This document shows, in pieces, positions 29,427 through 38,262 of a DNA stretch of 64,000 nucleotides. The notes under the pieces were generated by a model. That model was not told the origin of the DNA and searched no databases. It worked only from the letters and a program-made list of their open reading frames with translations. The position numbers were made by a program, and so were the translations under genes. This DNA is from Bdellovibrionales bacterium (lineage in GTDB: Bacteria > Bdellovibrionota > Bdellovibrionia > Bdellovibrionales > JAMPXM01): contig SYLX01000231.1 of NCBI GenBank assembly GCA_005808505.1, positions 260 through 64,259 of the forward strand. The letters are read 5' to 3'. The number at the start of each line of letters is the position of its first letter. Positions within the stretch are counted from its first letter, which is position 1.

Positions 29427-30518
29427 ATGGCGTACTTCGAAGGCCTTAACTATTCACTCTCAAACGAAGACACCCGCATCGAACACACGTTACTACCGGA
29501 GGGCGCGGAGCGCGTTTTCTCGATTTGCGGCTCGGGCGCACGTGTACTCCCCTTGGTTGCGAAAAACCCCATGCGCCTTGATTGCGTTGATCTCTCGCGG
29601 GAGCAGCTTCTCCTGTGCGAATTGCGCCTCGCCGCTGCCAAAGCTCTTTCGAACGAAGAGTATCTTTTCTTCCTCGGATACCGCGGCGGAGTTTTCTCAA
29701 ACTCTGTAGTGGCGGACAAGCGTTCAACCCTCTTTGATCGATTAAAACTTTCCCCCGAAGCCCATCAATTCTGGGCCGAGAGACGCCAAGGCTGGGAGCC
29801 GCGTGGTTTCATTTTCTTGGGAAAGTGGGAATCCCATTTTCAAAACTTGGGAAAGATCTTTCGCAATATCCTTCGGCTCGATATGCGGCCGATCTTCGAA
29901 GCCCACAGTCTCGATGAGCAACGAAGACTCTTCGAGAAGCACTGGAAGCCTCGCGTATTCGCTACCTTCTTAAAAGTCGCGGCGAGCGAATACGTCTTCA
30001 ACAAGTTTCTTTATAAAGGGCATTTCTCGGGCGCAACCGAATCACGTACCGAGGCTCGCTCCCCGTCTACATTCATTGAAGAAGAGTTCACCCGCATCTT
30101 CAAAACTACCCTCGTTCGCAAGAACTACTTTATGCAAATTCTCTTCCTCGGCGGCATCTACTACGAAGAAGGCCTGCCGATCGAAGCGCAACCGATGTGT
30201 CTGGATAAAGTCCGCAGCTCAAAGACAGAGGTGAGTTTCTTGACCGAAAACCTCATTGAAGTTTTGAAGCGAGAAACTTACGACTTCGTCTCGCTTTCGG
30301 ACACGATCTCGTATCTGCCGCATGACCTTGCGAGTTCGATTCTGCAACTGTTACCCGCAAATACGAAATCCGGCGCGCAGATGATCATTCGATCGTTTTT
30401 GCGTAAACCTCCGGGCTTGAACACCGAAGGATGGCGCGAGGAAATCGAGCTCAACGAGTGGGCAAAGAAGCTCGACACCACGGCCGTCTACGATTTCGAT
30501 ATCTTCTCAAAACTTTGA
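29427..30518 (+). CDS. DUF3419/BtaA-family SAM-dependent 3-amino-3-carboxypropyl transferase-like protein
   Basis: NYSLSNED, FSICGSGARVL, VDLSREQL.LCELRLAA, GKWE, VSLSD. Confidence 0.82.
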   Translation: MAYFEGLNYSLSNEDTRIEHTLLPEGAERVFSICGSGARVLPLVAKNPMRLDCVDLSREQLLLCELRLAAAKALSNEEYLFFLGYRGGVFSNSVVADKRSTLFDRLKLSPEAHQFWAERRQGWEPRGFIFLGKWESHFQNLGKIFRNILRLDMRPIFEAHSLDEQRRLFEKHWKPRVFATFLKVAASEYVFNKFLYKGHFSGATESRTEARSPSTFIEEEFTRIFKTTLVRKNYFMQILFLGGIYYEEGLPIEAQPMCLDKVRSSKTEVSFLTENLIEVLKRETYDFVSLSDTISYLPHDLASSILQLLPANTKSGAQMIIRSFLRKPPGLNTEGWREEIELNEWAKKLDTTAVYDFDIFSKL

Positions 30519-30533
30519 TTTCGAAGCCCTGGA

Positions 30534-31577
30534 TCAGAGCAGCTTAGAAAATAGCGTGTACTCGTGCTCCCAGAGGAGGCTTCCTTTTTTCGCAAAGGAT
30601 TCACTCTGGGCGCCGGTTTTTACGAGCGCGGTGATGTATTTGTTCACACCTTTTTTGAGAGCCTTTTCGGCCGCAAGGTACGCCACCGCATTAGAGATAC
30701 CTTTGCCGCGAGCTTGCGGAACTACAGCTGTACTCTTGAGTACAAGGTGCCCCTGATCTTCGTAGCAGAAGAAAAAGCCAACGCCTTTGCCGTCTTTATC
30801 GAACGCGATGTGCGAGAGCGAAAGATCAGATTTCCCGGCGATAGGAACGTAGAGGGCGCGGAAGACTTCAAACGGAATTGGCTCGAACAGAAAATTGTCC
30901 TTAAAGCCTTGGCTGCTGATTTCGTAAAGAACTGGAACATCCTTCTCGAGGAACTGAATTGGTTCCACCGTGCGGAAGGTGTATCCCGCAGCTAGCGCCC
31001 CGTCATAAGCAGGTTTTGTCTTCGCCGCGAACGCATCGAGTTCGCCGTGCGCTTTGGTGGCGTAAAGTTCGCATGTTTCGTAACCAGCGGACTTCCAGAT
31101 GTCGACGTATTCCGGAGGGTTCACCGGCTCCCAGCCAAAAAATAAATCTTGTTTATCAATATTTTGCGAGGTGCGGAATCGATACGGGAACCAAGTGTTG
31201 AAGTTCATCGGACCGTAAGCTGTCTTAACACCTTTAGCTTTGAGCCACGATTCGGCCGCTTCGAGCAATTTACCTCCCGCTTCAATGCCGGCGGGGGTAG
31301 TCAGGTCACATTCAAAAAATCCGATGGCGCCTTCGTCCGCCTTCGTTGCGGAAACGTTTGCGCCGATGCGTCCCAACGCGCGACCGAGATCGTCTTCAAC
31401 GATCCAGAATTCTTTTGCAAACTTCGTTGGCTGACAAATAAAGCCGATCCACACGGGAAAAGGAAGAAGACCCGTGCGGTACGGAGCTTGACGTACACCC
31501 TCCTGAAGCTTCGAGAATGAAGTCAAAAACCGATCGAAGTCAGCGCCGGCAAGATTTGAAAAACACTTCAGCCGCAT
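30534..31577 (-). CDS. Tandem GNAT N-acyltransferase (YghO-like)
   Basis: GRIGA, IGFFEC, AAESWLK..G....GPMN, EPVNPPEY, C-terminal VVPQARGKGIS acyl-CoA motif A. Confidence 0.82.
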   Translation of the reverse strand: MRLKCFSNLAGADFDRFLTSFSKLQEGVRQAPYRTGLLPFPVWIGFICQPTKFAKEFWIVEDDLGRALGRIGANVSATKADEGAIGFFECDLTTPAGIEAGGKLLEAAESWLKAKGVKTAYGPMNFNTWFPYRFRTSQNIDKQDLFFGWEPVNPPEYVDIWKSAGYETCELYATKAHGELDAFAAKTKPAYDGALAAGYTFRTVEPIQFLEKDVPVLYEISSQGFKDNFLFEPIPFEVFRALYVPIAGKSDLSLSHIAFDKDGKGVGFFFCYEDQGHLVLKSTAVVPQARGKGISNAVAYLAAEKALKKGVNKYITALVKTGAQSESFAKKGSLLWEHEYTLFSKLL

Positions 31578-31594
31578 GATCTAAAAACCCTTCT

Positions 31595-34405
31595 TTAAAC
31601 CGCTTTTGTCTCGTTCGCGCCACTTGCGGCGGAAGAAACTGACTCATCCGTTCCGAGAATGCGGACTTCACCGCGCGCACCATCAATGCGCACACGCATC
31701 CCCGTCTTGAGCTTCTTCATAAGCCCTCCGGTGATGCCCACGATTGTGGGAAGACCCAGTTCCCGGGCGACGACCGCCGAGTGCGACAACAAGCTGCCTC
31801 GTTCGATCAAGAGCCCAGAGCACGATGGATAGAGCGGCACCCAACCTGGATCCGTACGCTCCGTCACGAGAATCTGTCCTTCAAGACCTTCCGCATCTTT
31901 GACTTCGCGTACGACGCGCACCACCCCCTCGACGACGCCGGGGCAGCAGGGTGTGCCGATCAAAACATTCGGATCGGTTGAAACCGGACGCTCAGAGCGC
32001 ATGAGATCTTGTTCAACCAGAACTTGGGCGTAAGGAAGACTCACACCCACCGCTCCCGTCGTGAGGAAGCGATCAGGCGGAGGAAGACCTTTATCAAACT
32101 TTTTAAACTCTTCTTTACGAAGACGCGCGAGCGTCTTGAGATCGATTTGAACCGTTCGTCCTTCGTTGAACGCAATCAGTTCTTCAACCGTGAGATAGAA
32201 GACATCGCGCGGCTGATCGAGAAGACCGAGGCGATAAAAGTTCTCGCCCATCGCGCGGAACAAACGGCGCGCAATTCCGAAGACTTTCGTGCGCGCAAAA
32301 CGCAAGTTCTCGCGATTTCGCACGGCTTTGCGCGTTTGTTTTACGATCCAGAAATACGCATGGCGGCGTACAAACGAGAGCTTTGCACCGACCTCTTTTT
32401 CAGCTTTCGCGCGGATTTCGCGCTCACGCTCTTCCATCTTGCGGATATCGTAAGATTTCGTTTTGACGTAGCTTACGATCGACGAAATTGCGAACGCCGG
32501 ATCATCGTGAAGATCGTTTTCTTCAAGCTTCAATTCATTGATACAACGGAAGCCGTAGCGATCTAAGAAGTCGAAAATCAAAGCGCCGAATTCCGGGAAC
32601 TTTCTTTTTTCGCTGAGCTCTATCCAAATCACCGAAGCGTGAGTCGAGAGGAACCACTCGCGAACAGGCCCGCCGGTTTGATCGATCTTCTCCGCGATTC
32701 GCATGAGCGTCTTTGTTGGCTCGGTGCTCTCGAGATCTCCCTCACCACAGAGTAAGTCGTTTTGAAGAGATGAGCCCACGTCACCGCTCGCAACCCACTT
32801 CTCCGTGAGCTTCTTCAAAACACCAAAGAAGACCATGCAAAGATAGTCGTTGATAATCGGCGCCTGCCACTTCTTTAGAAGCTGCTCTTCAAGCTCGTGA
32901 TAGCTCTCGATCTGTTGGCTCAAAGAAAGAGCTTTAAAATCGCGCTTACGTGCAGCTTCGTAGACGTTTAAAAAGTGCGACTGGAATCCGCCCACGATCG
33001 AATCGATGCGACGAAAACGCGAGAGCGTTTGGAAGCCTAATCCAATCTTGTGAGCAACGCTGTACCGAGGCGGATTTTTTACGAATTCAAAAAGTCCCGC
33101 GATTTGTTGCGCAACATCGGGACGGAGCCCTTGTCGCACGCCCATCATCGTCTCCATGAAACCTTTATTGGAGGACGAGCCTGGCAACATCAAAACGAGT
33201 TTGTACCAGTTGATGAGGTTGTAATAAACGCGGCCGCGGATGAGACCGAGCATATTGCGGAACATCGGTTCCCGCTCTTCGATGAGAGACGCCGGAACGC
33301 CCATGACTTGGCAAAACTGGATGTAAACTTGGCGGTAAGCGCGGCTTGCAAACGAAAAAGTGAGCGGGGTTGTGACTCCGCTATAGCTCTCCACGATGTT
33401 CGAGTTATCCCAAAGAATCGGTTCAGCGCCGCGCACGGAATCGAGATAAAATAGATCGGGCGGCAGATTCGTGATCGCGCGCGTTTGTACGCAATAGAGC
33501 TTCCCGGCCTCGAATGCCCACTCTAAATCCTGCGGAGCACCTAACTTTTCTTCGAGGAGCAACGCAAGCTTTGCGACTTCGACGACTTGCTGGTCCGTGA
33601 GGGATGAGACCTTTGCATGCTCGGCAGTTACTTTTACAACGTGAAGTCCGCCTTCAGGAGCCTGGCGAAAAGATTCCGATTTTTCAAGGATCTCGGCTTT
33701 GATCGCCATCGAGGATCGATCGACATCGTAGGTATCGGCATCGAGAGCGCCACTGACGAGACCCTCACCTAAGCCGTAAACGGAGCTGATGAGGAGACTC
33801 TGCCGATCCAGCGACCGAATCGGATTTCGTGAGAAGGCGACGCCGCTGGATTCCGCATTGACCATTTTTTGAATGACCACACCCACGTGGATCGGCCACA
33901 GCGGCAGCCCACGCTCCAGGCGATAACTGAGCGCGCGCTCGCTGAAACCAGAAGCCCAGCATTTTTTCAGAGAGAATAAAATTTCGGATTTCGATTTTTG
34001 AAAGAGATAGCTTGAGAACTGACCTGCAAATGAGTTTTCGGCTGAGTCCTCATCAAGTCCACTTGAGCGGACGGCAACGAAATGGTCATCGAGCCCGAGT
34101 CGCTTGAGCTCAGATTCGATGGCTTGCGAGACCTCGGGACTGACCGAACAGCCCACGATTCTTTTTTCAGCTTCTTGCGAGAACGAGCGAAGTCTTTCGG
34201 GCGTGATCTCGCCTTCCGTGATCGAAGCGAGGAAATCCTCGATCATGTTGCCTTTGATGAATCGGGCCATCGCTTCACTCGAAACGCAGAACCACGCCGG
34301 CACCGGTGCTCCCAAACGCGCAAGGTGTGCCATATTGCGGGCTTTCCCGCCCCCTAGGAGCGAGAAAGACTCGATCGAGTCATCGGATTTCAAGATGAAA
34401 TTCAT
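31595..34405 (-). CDS. PEP-utilizing enzyme of the PigC/rifampin-phosphotransferase architecture
   Basis: GGKA, VAVRSS..EDS..SFAGQ, QDLEWA, QTRAIT; large central domain; C-terminal TDPGW and SHSAVVARE (phospho-His). Confidence 0.92.
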   Translation of the reverse strand: MNFILKSDDSIESFSLLGGGKARNMAHLARLGAPVPAWFCVSSEAMARFIKGNMIEDFLASITEGEITPERLRSFSQEAEKRIVGCSVSPEVSQAIESELKRLGLDDHFVAVRSSGLDEDSAENSFAGQFSSYLFQKSKSEILFSLKKCWASGFSERALSYRLERGLPLWPIHVGVVIQKMVNAESSGVAFSRNPIRSLDRQSLLISSVYGLGEGLVSGALDADTYDVDRSSMAIKAEILEKSESFRQAPEGGLHVVKVTAEHAKVSSLTDQQVVEVAKLALLLEEKLGAPQDLEWAFEAGKLYCVQTRAITNLPPDLFYLDSVRGAEPILWDNSNIVESYSGVTTPLTFSFASRAYRQVYIQFCQVMGVPASLIEEREPMFRNMLGLIRGRVYYNLINWYKLVLMLPGSSSNKGFMETMMGVRQGLRPDVAQQIAGLFEFVKNPPRYSVAHKIGLGFQTLSRFRRIDSIVGGFQSHFLNVYEAARKRDFKALSLSQQIESYHELEEQLLKKWQAPIINDYLCMVFFGVLKKLTEKWVASGDVGSSLQNDLLCGEGDLESTEPTKTLMRIAEKIDQTGGPVREWFLSTHASVIWIELSEKRKFPEFGALIFDFLDRYGFRCINELKLEENDLHDDPAFAISSIVSYVKTKSYDIRKMEEREREIRAKAEKEVGAKLSFVRRHAYFWIVKQTRKAVRNRENLRFARTKVFGIARRLFRAMGENFYRLGLLDQPRDVFYLTVEELIAFNEGRTVQIDLKTLARLRKEEFKKFDKGLPPPDRFLTTGAVGVSLPYAQVLVEQDLMRSERPVSTDPNVLIGTPCCPGVVEGVVRVVREVKDAEGLEGQILVTERTDPGWVPLYPSCSGLLIERGSLLSHSAVVARELGLPTIVGITGGLMKKLKTGMRVRIDGARGEVRILGTDESVSSAASGANETKAV

Positions 34406-34447
34406 GTTGCGTTTCCTGTCGGCAGTTCTTATTTGGCGTTCGGGCTG

Positions 34448-35305
34448 TCAACGCAACAAGCCGAGCCAATACGAAAACGCGATTCCCCATATGTGGAAGA
34501 GAAGCGAAAGGGTCGCGAGTCCTTCTGTTAGCTTGAAGGCAGATGGCGACTTGAACAAGCGAATTGCGCTCACCAAAACCAAGACTTCGGCCCACCACAT
34601 CCAGAGACCTAGCCCTAAGCCTTGCGCGCCGATCGCCGCGACGGCGTTGCAAACTAACAAAATCAGAAACACTTTTCTGATGCCGTACACGGCGAGGTAC
34701 GTCCGCTGGAGTTCGTGGGCGGAGGGATCAAGCTTTCGCGAGACTTCGTAAGAGAAAAACGCGCCTAAAACTGCGAGTGCGAAAAACCACGCCGCAGCGG
34801 CCGATGGGGCTTGCGCCGAATGACAACTCACCGCAAATAGGCAAACGGGAACCAATATGAGTTGGTGCGAAATGGCGTAAAGGAGAGGACGTTTCGCTAG
34901 CCACTCCCCTAAACAAAATTCCTTGTACATCAGCCATAGCCAGACCGTGACGATGGCAAGCAATACACCTGCGGTGACGGACGTGATCAAACTCACAACG
35001 AGCGCATAAGTGAAAAGAGCTGTGGTGAATATAGGTATCTGCTTCGCCACTCTCTTCGCATCTAGAACGCCCCGAGGAAGCGGTCGCTCCGGATGAACGA
35101 TCAAATCTTTTTCGTAATCTTTGAGTTCATCCATCAGGCGCAGGATGAAAAAGAAACCCAATAAACCAAAGAAGGTCAGAGCACTTGGTCCGACGCGAAA
35201 GCCAGGTGCGGCTAAGAAATTTCCGGAAAGGCTGATACCACCGACAAGAAGGGCATAGACCGGGAGAGGAAAACGTTCTTTGATGTAAATCAGCCAGCTT
35301 GCCAT
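34448..35305 (-). CDS. UbiA-family prenyltransferase
   Basis: Multi-TM; RLMDELKDYEKD (DxxxDxxxD); ERPLPRG; YEVSRK. Confidence 0.88.
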   Translation of the reverse strand: MASWLIYIKERFPLPVYALLVGGISLSGNFLAAPGFRVGPSALTFFGLLGFFFILRLMDELKDYEKDLIVHPERPLPRGVLDAKRVAKQIPIFTTALFTYALVVSLITSVTAGVLLAIVTVWLWLMYKEFCLGEWLAKRPLLYAISHQLILVPVCLFAVSCHSAQAPSAAAAWFFALAVLGAFFSYEVSRKLDPSAHELQRTYLAVYGIRKVFLILLVCNAVAAIGAQGLGLGLWMWWAEVLVLVSAIRLFKSPSAFKLTEGLATLSLLFHIWGIAFSYWLGLLR

Positions 35306-36723
35306 GGTTTCCTCGTTTTTGCCGAAGCCGCCCGGTCAATGCGGGCGCGGTGTCGTCGGTCACGCTGAATTTCAACTTCAAACAGTCGACTCGAAGCCTC
35401 GAGCGCTAAAAGTTTTTCGACTTCTTTACGTTTAGCACGATCAATATCAACACAGATCTCGAATCGCCCGTCGGTCTCGATGACGAACGCTTTGCTTGAT
35501 CCGAGGAGCGAGTAAACTTTTTGCTCAAGGTCAAAGCTCCTTGGGCTTTGCCCCGATCGCCCCGCGTACCACCACCCGCTCTCATCGGTCCGCACGCGGT
35601 CGCCCATGGAGTGCCACACGCGGCCCTCGGCGTCTTTTCGTTTGTGAAGGCGGTTTTCTTCTTCCCCACCGATGTAGAGCGGACAAACGTGAGGCCCCGC
35701 AACCCAGAGATTATCAGCTTCGATCTTCGCACTTATCGCGGAGACCGGTTGACCAAGCGAAAGAGCTTGGAAGTAGCCACGATCCCGCGAGCGACGAACG
35801 GATTCGCGTGCATCGATGAGACTCACCGGCTCCGCTTCGCTTGAGCCGTAGATGTGAACGACTTCGGATTCCGGGAAATGTTGAAACGCGTTTTCAAAAA
35901 TCCAACAATCCGTGAGGGCACCACCTACGTGAATCGACTCTAAACTCGGCAAACGGCAGGTCTGCATGAGCTTGAGTAGAAACGCAGGCCCACAGGTGAG
36001 CGACTCCGGACGCAAATCTTTCGGAAGACTCTCAAGCCAACGTAGATCTTTATTTCTCCATTTCGGTGGAACAAGAATCGTTCCCCGCCCCGACGCCAAA
36101 TTCGCGAGTGCAAAATTCGCGAAGATGCAGAGATCTGGGCCCGCATGATCCTCGAGATGAAGCGCACTCGAGAGGATGCGGTGTTGCTCGATCATGTATC
36201 CCTGGCCGCGCACGACGCCTTTGGGCTCGCCCGTCGTTCCGCTCGTGAAGGTCAGAATGCCAGGAGTTTCCGGAGCGACTCTGATGATTTCAAGAGGAGA
36301 GTTCGTTTCGCCATCGATAGAGCTTGCGTGAAGCCATTTGGGAATCTCGCGCGCCGCCTTTAGCCGCGCGCCCCAAAGCCAGCCGAGCGTCGCCGCCGAA
36401 AAGATCTTTGGCTTTGCGAGACGCAGAACCTTATTGATTCGCTCAACCGGCATCCACGGCTCAACGAGAACCGCCGTTGCTCCCGTCGCTAAAATTCCAA
36501 TGACAGATGCATACAGGCGAGGACTCAGATGATCGATCAATAGAACCGAGTCGCCAGGCGCAAGGCCTGCGCGTCGGTATACGGCTTGTGCGTAGGATCC
36601 CCGTTTTAAAAGTTCACCAAAAGAAACGCCTTCGGAAAACGGCAGCTGAATGGCCATCTTCTCCGGGTGTTCCTGTGCATGCTGCTTGAAGAGTTCGACC
36701 GCATTCAGAACTGCTTTTTGCAC
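35290..36723 (-). CDS. AMP-dependent acyl ligase (OleC-like)
   Basis: FTSGTTGEPKG, YGSSEAEP, WHSMGD, DRRHRARIDR. Confidence 0.88.
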   Translation of the reverse strand: MQKAVLNAVELFKQHAQEHPEKMAIQLPFSEGVSFGELLKRGSYAQAVYRRAGLAPGDSVLLIDHLSPRLYASVIGILATGATAVLVEPWMPVERINKVLRLAKPKIFSAATLGWLWGARLKAAREIPKWLHASSIDGETNSPLEIIRVAPETPGILTFTSGTTGEPKGVVRGQGYMIEQHRILSSALHLEDHAGPDLCIFANFALANLASGRGTILVPPKWRNKDLRWLESLPKDLRPESLTCGPAFLLKLMQTCRLPSLESIHVGGALTDCWIFENAFQHFPESEVVHIYGSSEAEPVSLIDARESVRRSRDRGYFQALSLGQPVSAISAKIEADNLWVAGPHVCPLYIGGEEENRLHKRKDAEGRVWHSMGDRVRTDESGWWYAGRSGQSPRSFDLEQKVYSLLGSSKAFVIETDGRFEICVDIDRAKRKEVEKLLALEASSRLFEVEIQRDRRHRARIDRAASAKTRKPWQAG

Positions 36724-37033
36724 GCCTCTCCCTTTTTCGCGTGCATGAGCAGGCGAAAATCGTCGCTCTCGCTCAGAACTTCGCCGACGTCACGGTCGAC
36801 TCTCGCCCGATTCGCAAACGATTCCGTCGCTCACGGTCGAAGCCTCAACGACAGTAGTTCTGCACGGTTACCTTGCGATGAAGTGTCTATTTTCTCTTCA
36901 ATCGGGAAAAAAGGAGAGTCCGGTTTCTTTCTTGCTACCTCTCCCAGCGTCGAGTTTCGTAAGCACGATGCCGACAAATCTTGGGCGAGTTGTCTGCGCA
37001 AGATTTCATTGAGCCTTCAAACGGGATTTGATT

Positions 37034-37798
37034 ATGCGTAAGCCGAAACGAAATTGGAGCCTGGCTACTGTCGTGGCGACTACTTTGATGGCCGCCGTCG
37101 GTATCGGCGCCACGTCGACGGCCGAAGCCAAAACAGCTCGCAACTGCTTCCGCGATCACCTTCGCGACGCAATCGAAATCAACCGTGCGCGACTCCCTCT
37201 TTACGCCGAACTCACGAACTCCGAATCGATTCCAGTTTCGATGAAGCTGATAGCGCTCGAAAAGCTCACGCTCGCGGCTTCAAAAGTGAAGTCGACCTAC
37301 GGCATAGCTGTAGCTCCCTATCGGAAAGCCGGCGTCGATATCCTCTGCGAGAATTTCGTCGATATGCGACAGATCCCTGCTTTTCACGATAGGTACGCTG
37401 CCGGCGCACCTGATCTATCGACTTTTGTGCAGCCGCATGGCTCGGATATCCGCAAGCGGATCCGCGTTGGTCTATCTAAGAAGGGTTTTCCTGGAGCGTA
37501 CGCGGAAGCAGTCAAAGCTCTGCGCCAGATCGAAGACGAACCGCGTTTCAACTGCATGTTGCGCCATACTCTCGAGTCGATCGCACGCATCGCTGCCTAT
37601 GCGCCCAATCAGGAGGCGCGCGCTAAACGAAAAGGACTTCCCTCACCTGCTCGCATCTCGAAAGAGTTGATCGAGGATCACTTGATCATGCTGCGCCAGG
37701 TAATGGATTTAGATTGGAAGGCGGCATCCATCCAAGCGAGCGGAGTTCCGATCCTCTGCCAAGATGTGCCGCCAATCCAGTACTCTACTGCTCGCTAA
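37034..37798 (+). CDS. Secreted hypothetical protein
   Basis: Signal peptide ending AEA; four Cys; about 254 aa. Confidence 0.75.
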   Translation: MRKPKRNWSLATVVATTLMAAVGIGATSTAEAKTARNCFRDHLRDAIEINRARLPLYAELTNSESIPVSMKLIALEKLTLAASKVKSTYGIAVAPYRKAGVDILCENFVDMRQIPAFHDRYAAGAPDLSTFVQPHGSDIRKRIRVGLSKKGFPGAYAEAVKALRQIEDEPRFNCMLRHTLESIARIAAYAPNQEARAKRKGLPSPARISKELIEDHLIMLRQVMDLDWKAASIQASGVPILCQDVPPIQYSTAR

Positions 37799-38045
37799 AG
37801 CGATCTTTTTCGGCTGAGGGATGATGACCAGGACTACCCATGGTCGGTTGTCCTTCGCTCATCGGACCCTGCTTTTGATTGGATTCTAAGATCTCGTTCG
37901 GATTTACGTCGTTCTCGATGTATTCCTCTTGAGGCTCTTTAAAGACACCAAACCAATTTGCATCACTGCTTTCCGGTTTGTTTCCGGGTTGAGTTCCATC
38001 TCCCGGCTTTGCGCCGCGACTTTTGCTGCGATTATGGCCTTGCAT
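37785..38045 (-). CDS. Small hydrophilic hypothetical protein
   Basis: GAGGAGG RBS just upstream of the ATG; 86 aa, low complexity. Confidence 0.55.
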   Translation of the reverse strand: MQGHNRSKSRGAKPGDGTQPGNKPESSDANWFGVFKEPQEEYIENDVNPNEILESNQKQGPMSEGQPTMGSPGHHPSAEKDRFSEQ

Positions 38046-38262
38046 CGTGCCTCCTCATTTTCACCGCTGCGGATTATCCATCATCTAGCGCAAAAGCTTC
38101 CTGCAGAGCCGATCAAGGAAGTATTTAGTTTTCACCGCAACGATTTCGACTCTCCTCAATTTAGCTAACAGCTAGACCATAGTCCGGAGATTTCCGAACT
38201 CACATCTTCGCCCTCGACAGAAGGCCGTGAGTCGCAGGACGCTCTTGCGTGGAGGGGGCTTC

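Noticed and set aside
31595-34405. Annotation as PEP synthase (ppsA) or PPDK
   Set aside because: The His-swivel domain is C-terminal and the pyruvate-binding barrel is absent.
38159-38177. ATTTAGC-N5-GCTAGAC, resembling the ArsR operator, upstream of the aminopeptidase
   Set aside because: Wrong spacer length and two mismatches; insufficient support.
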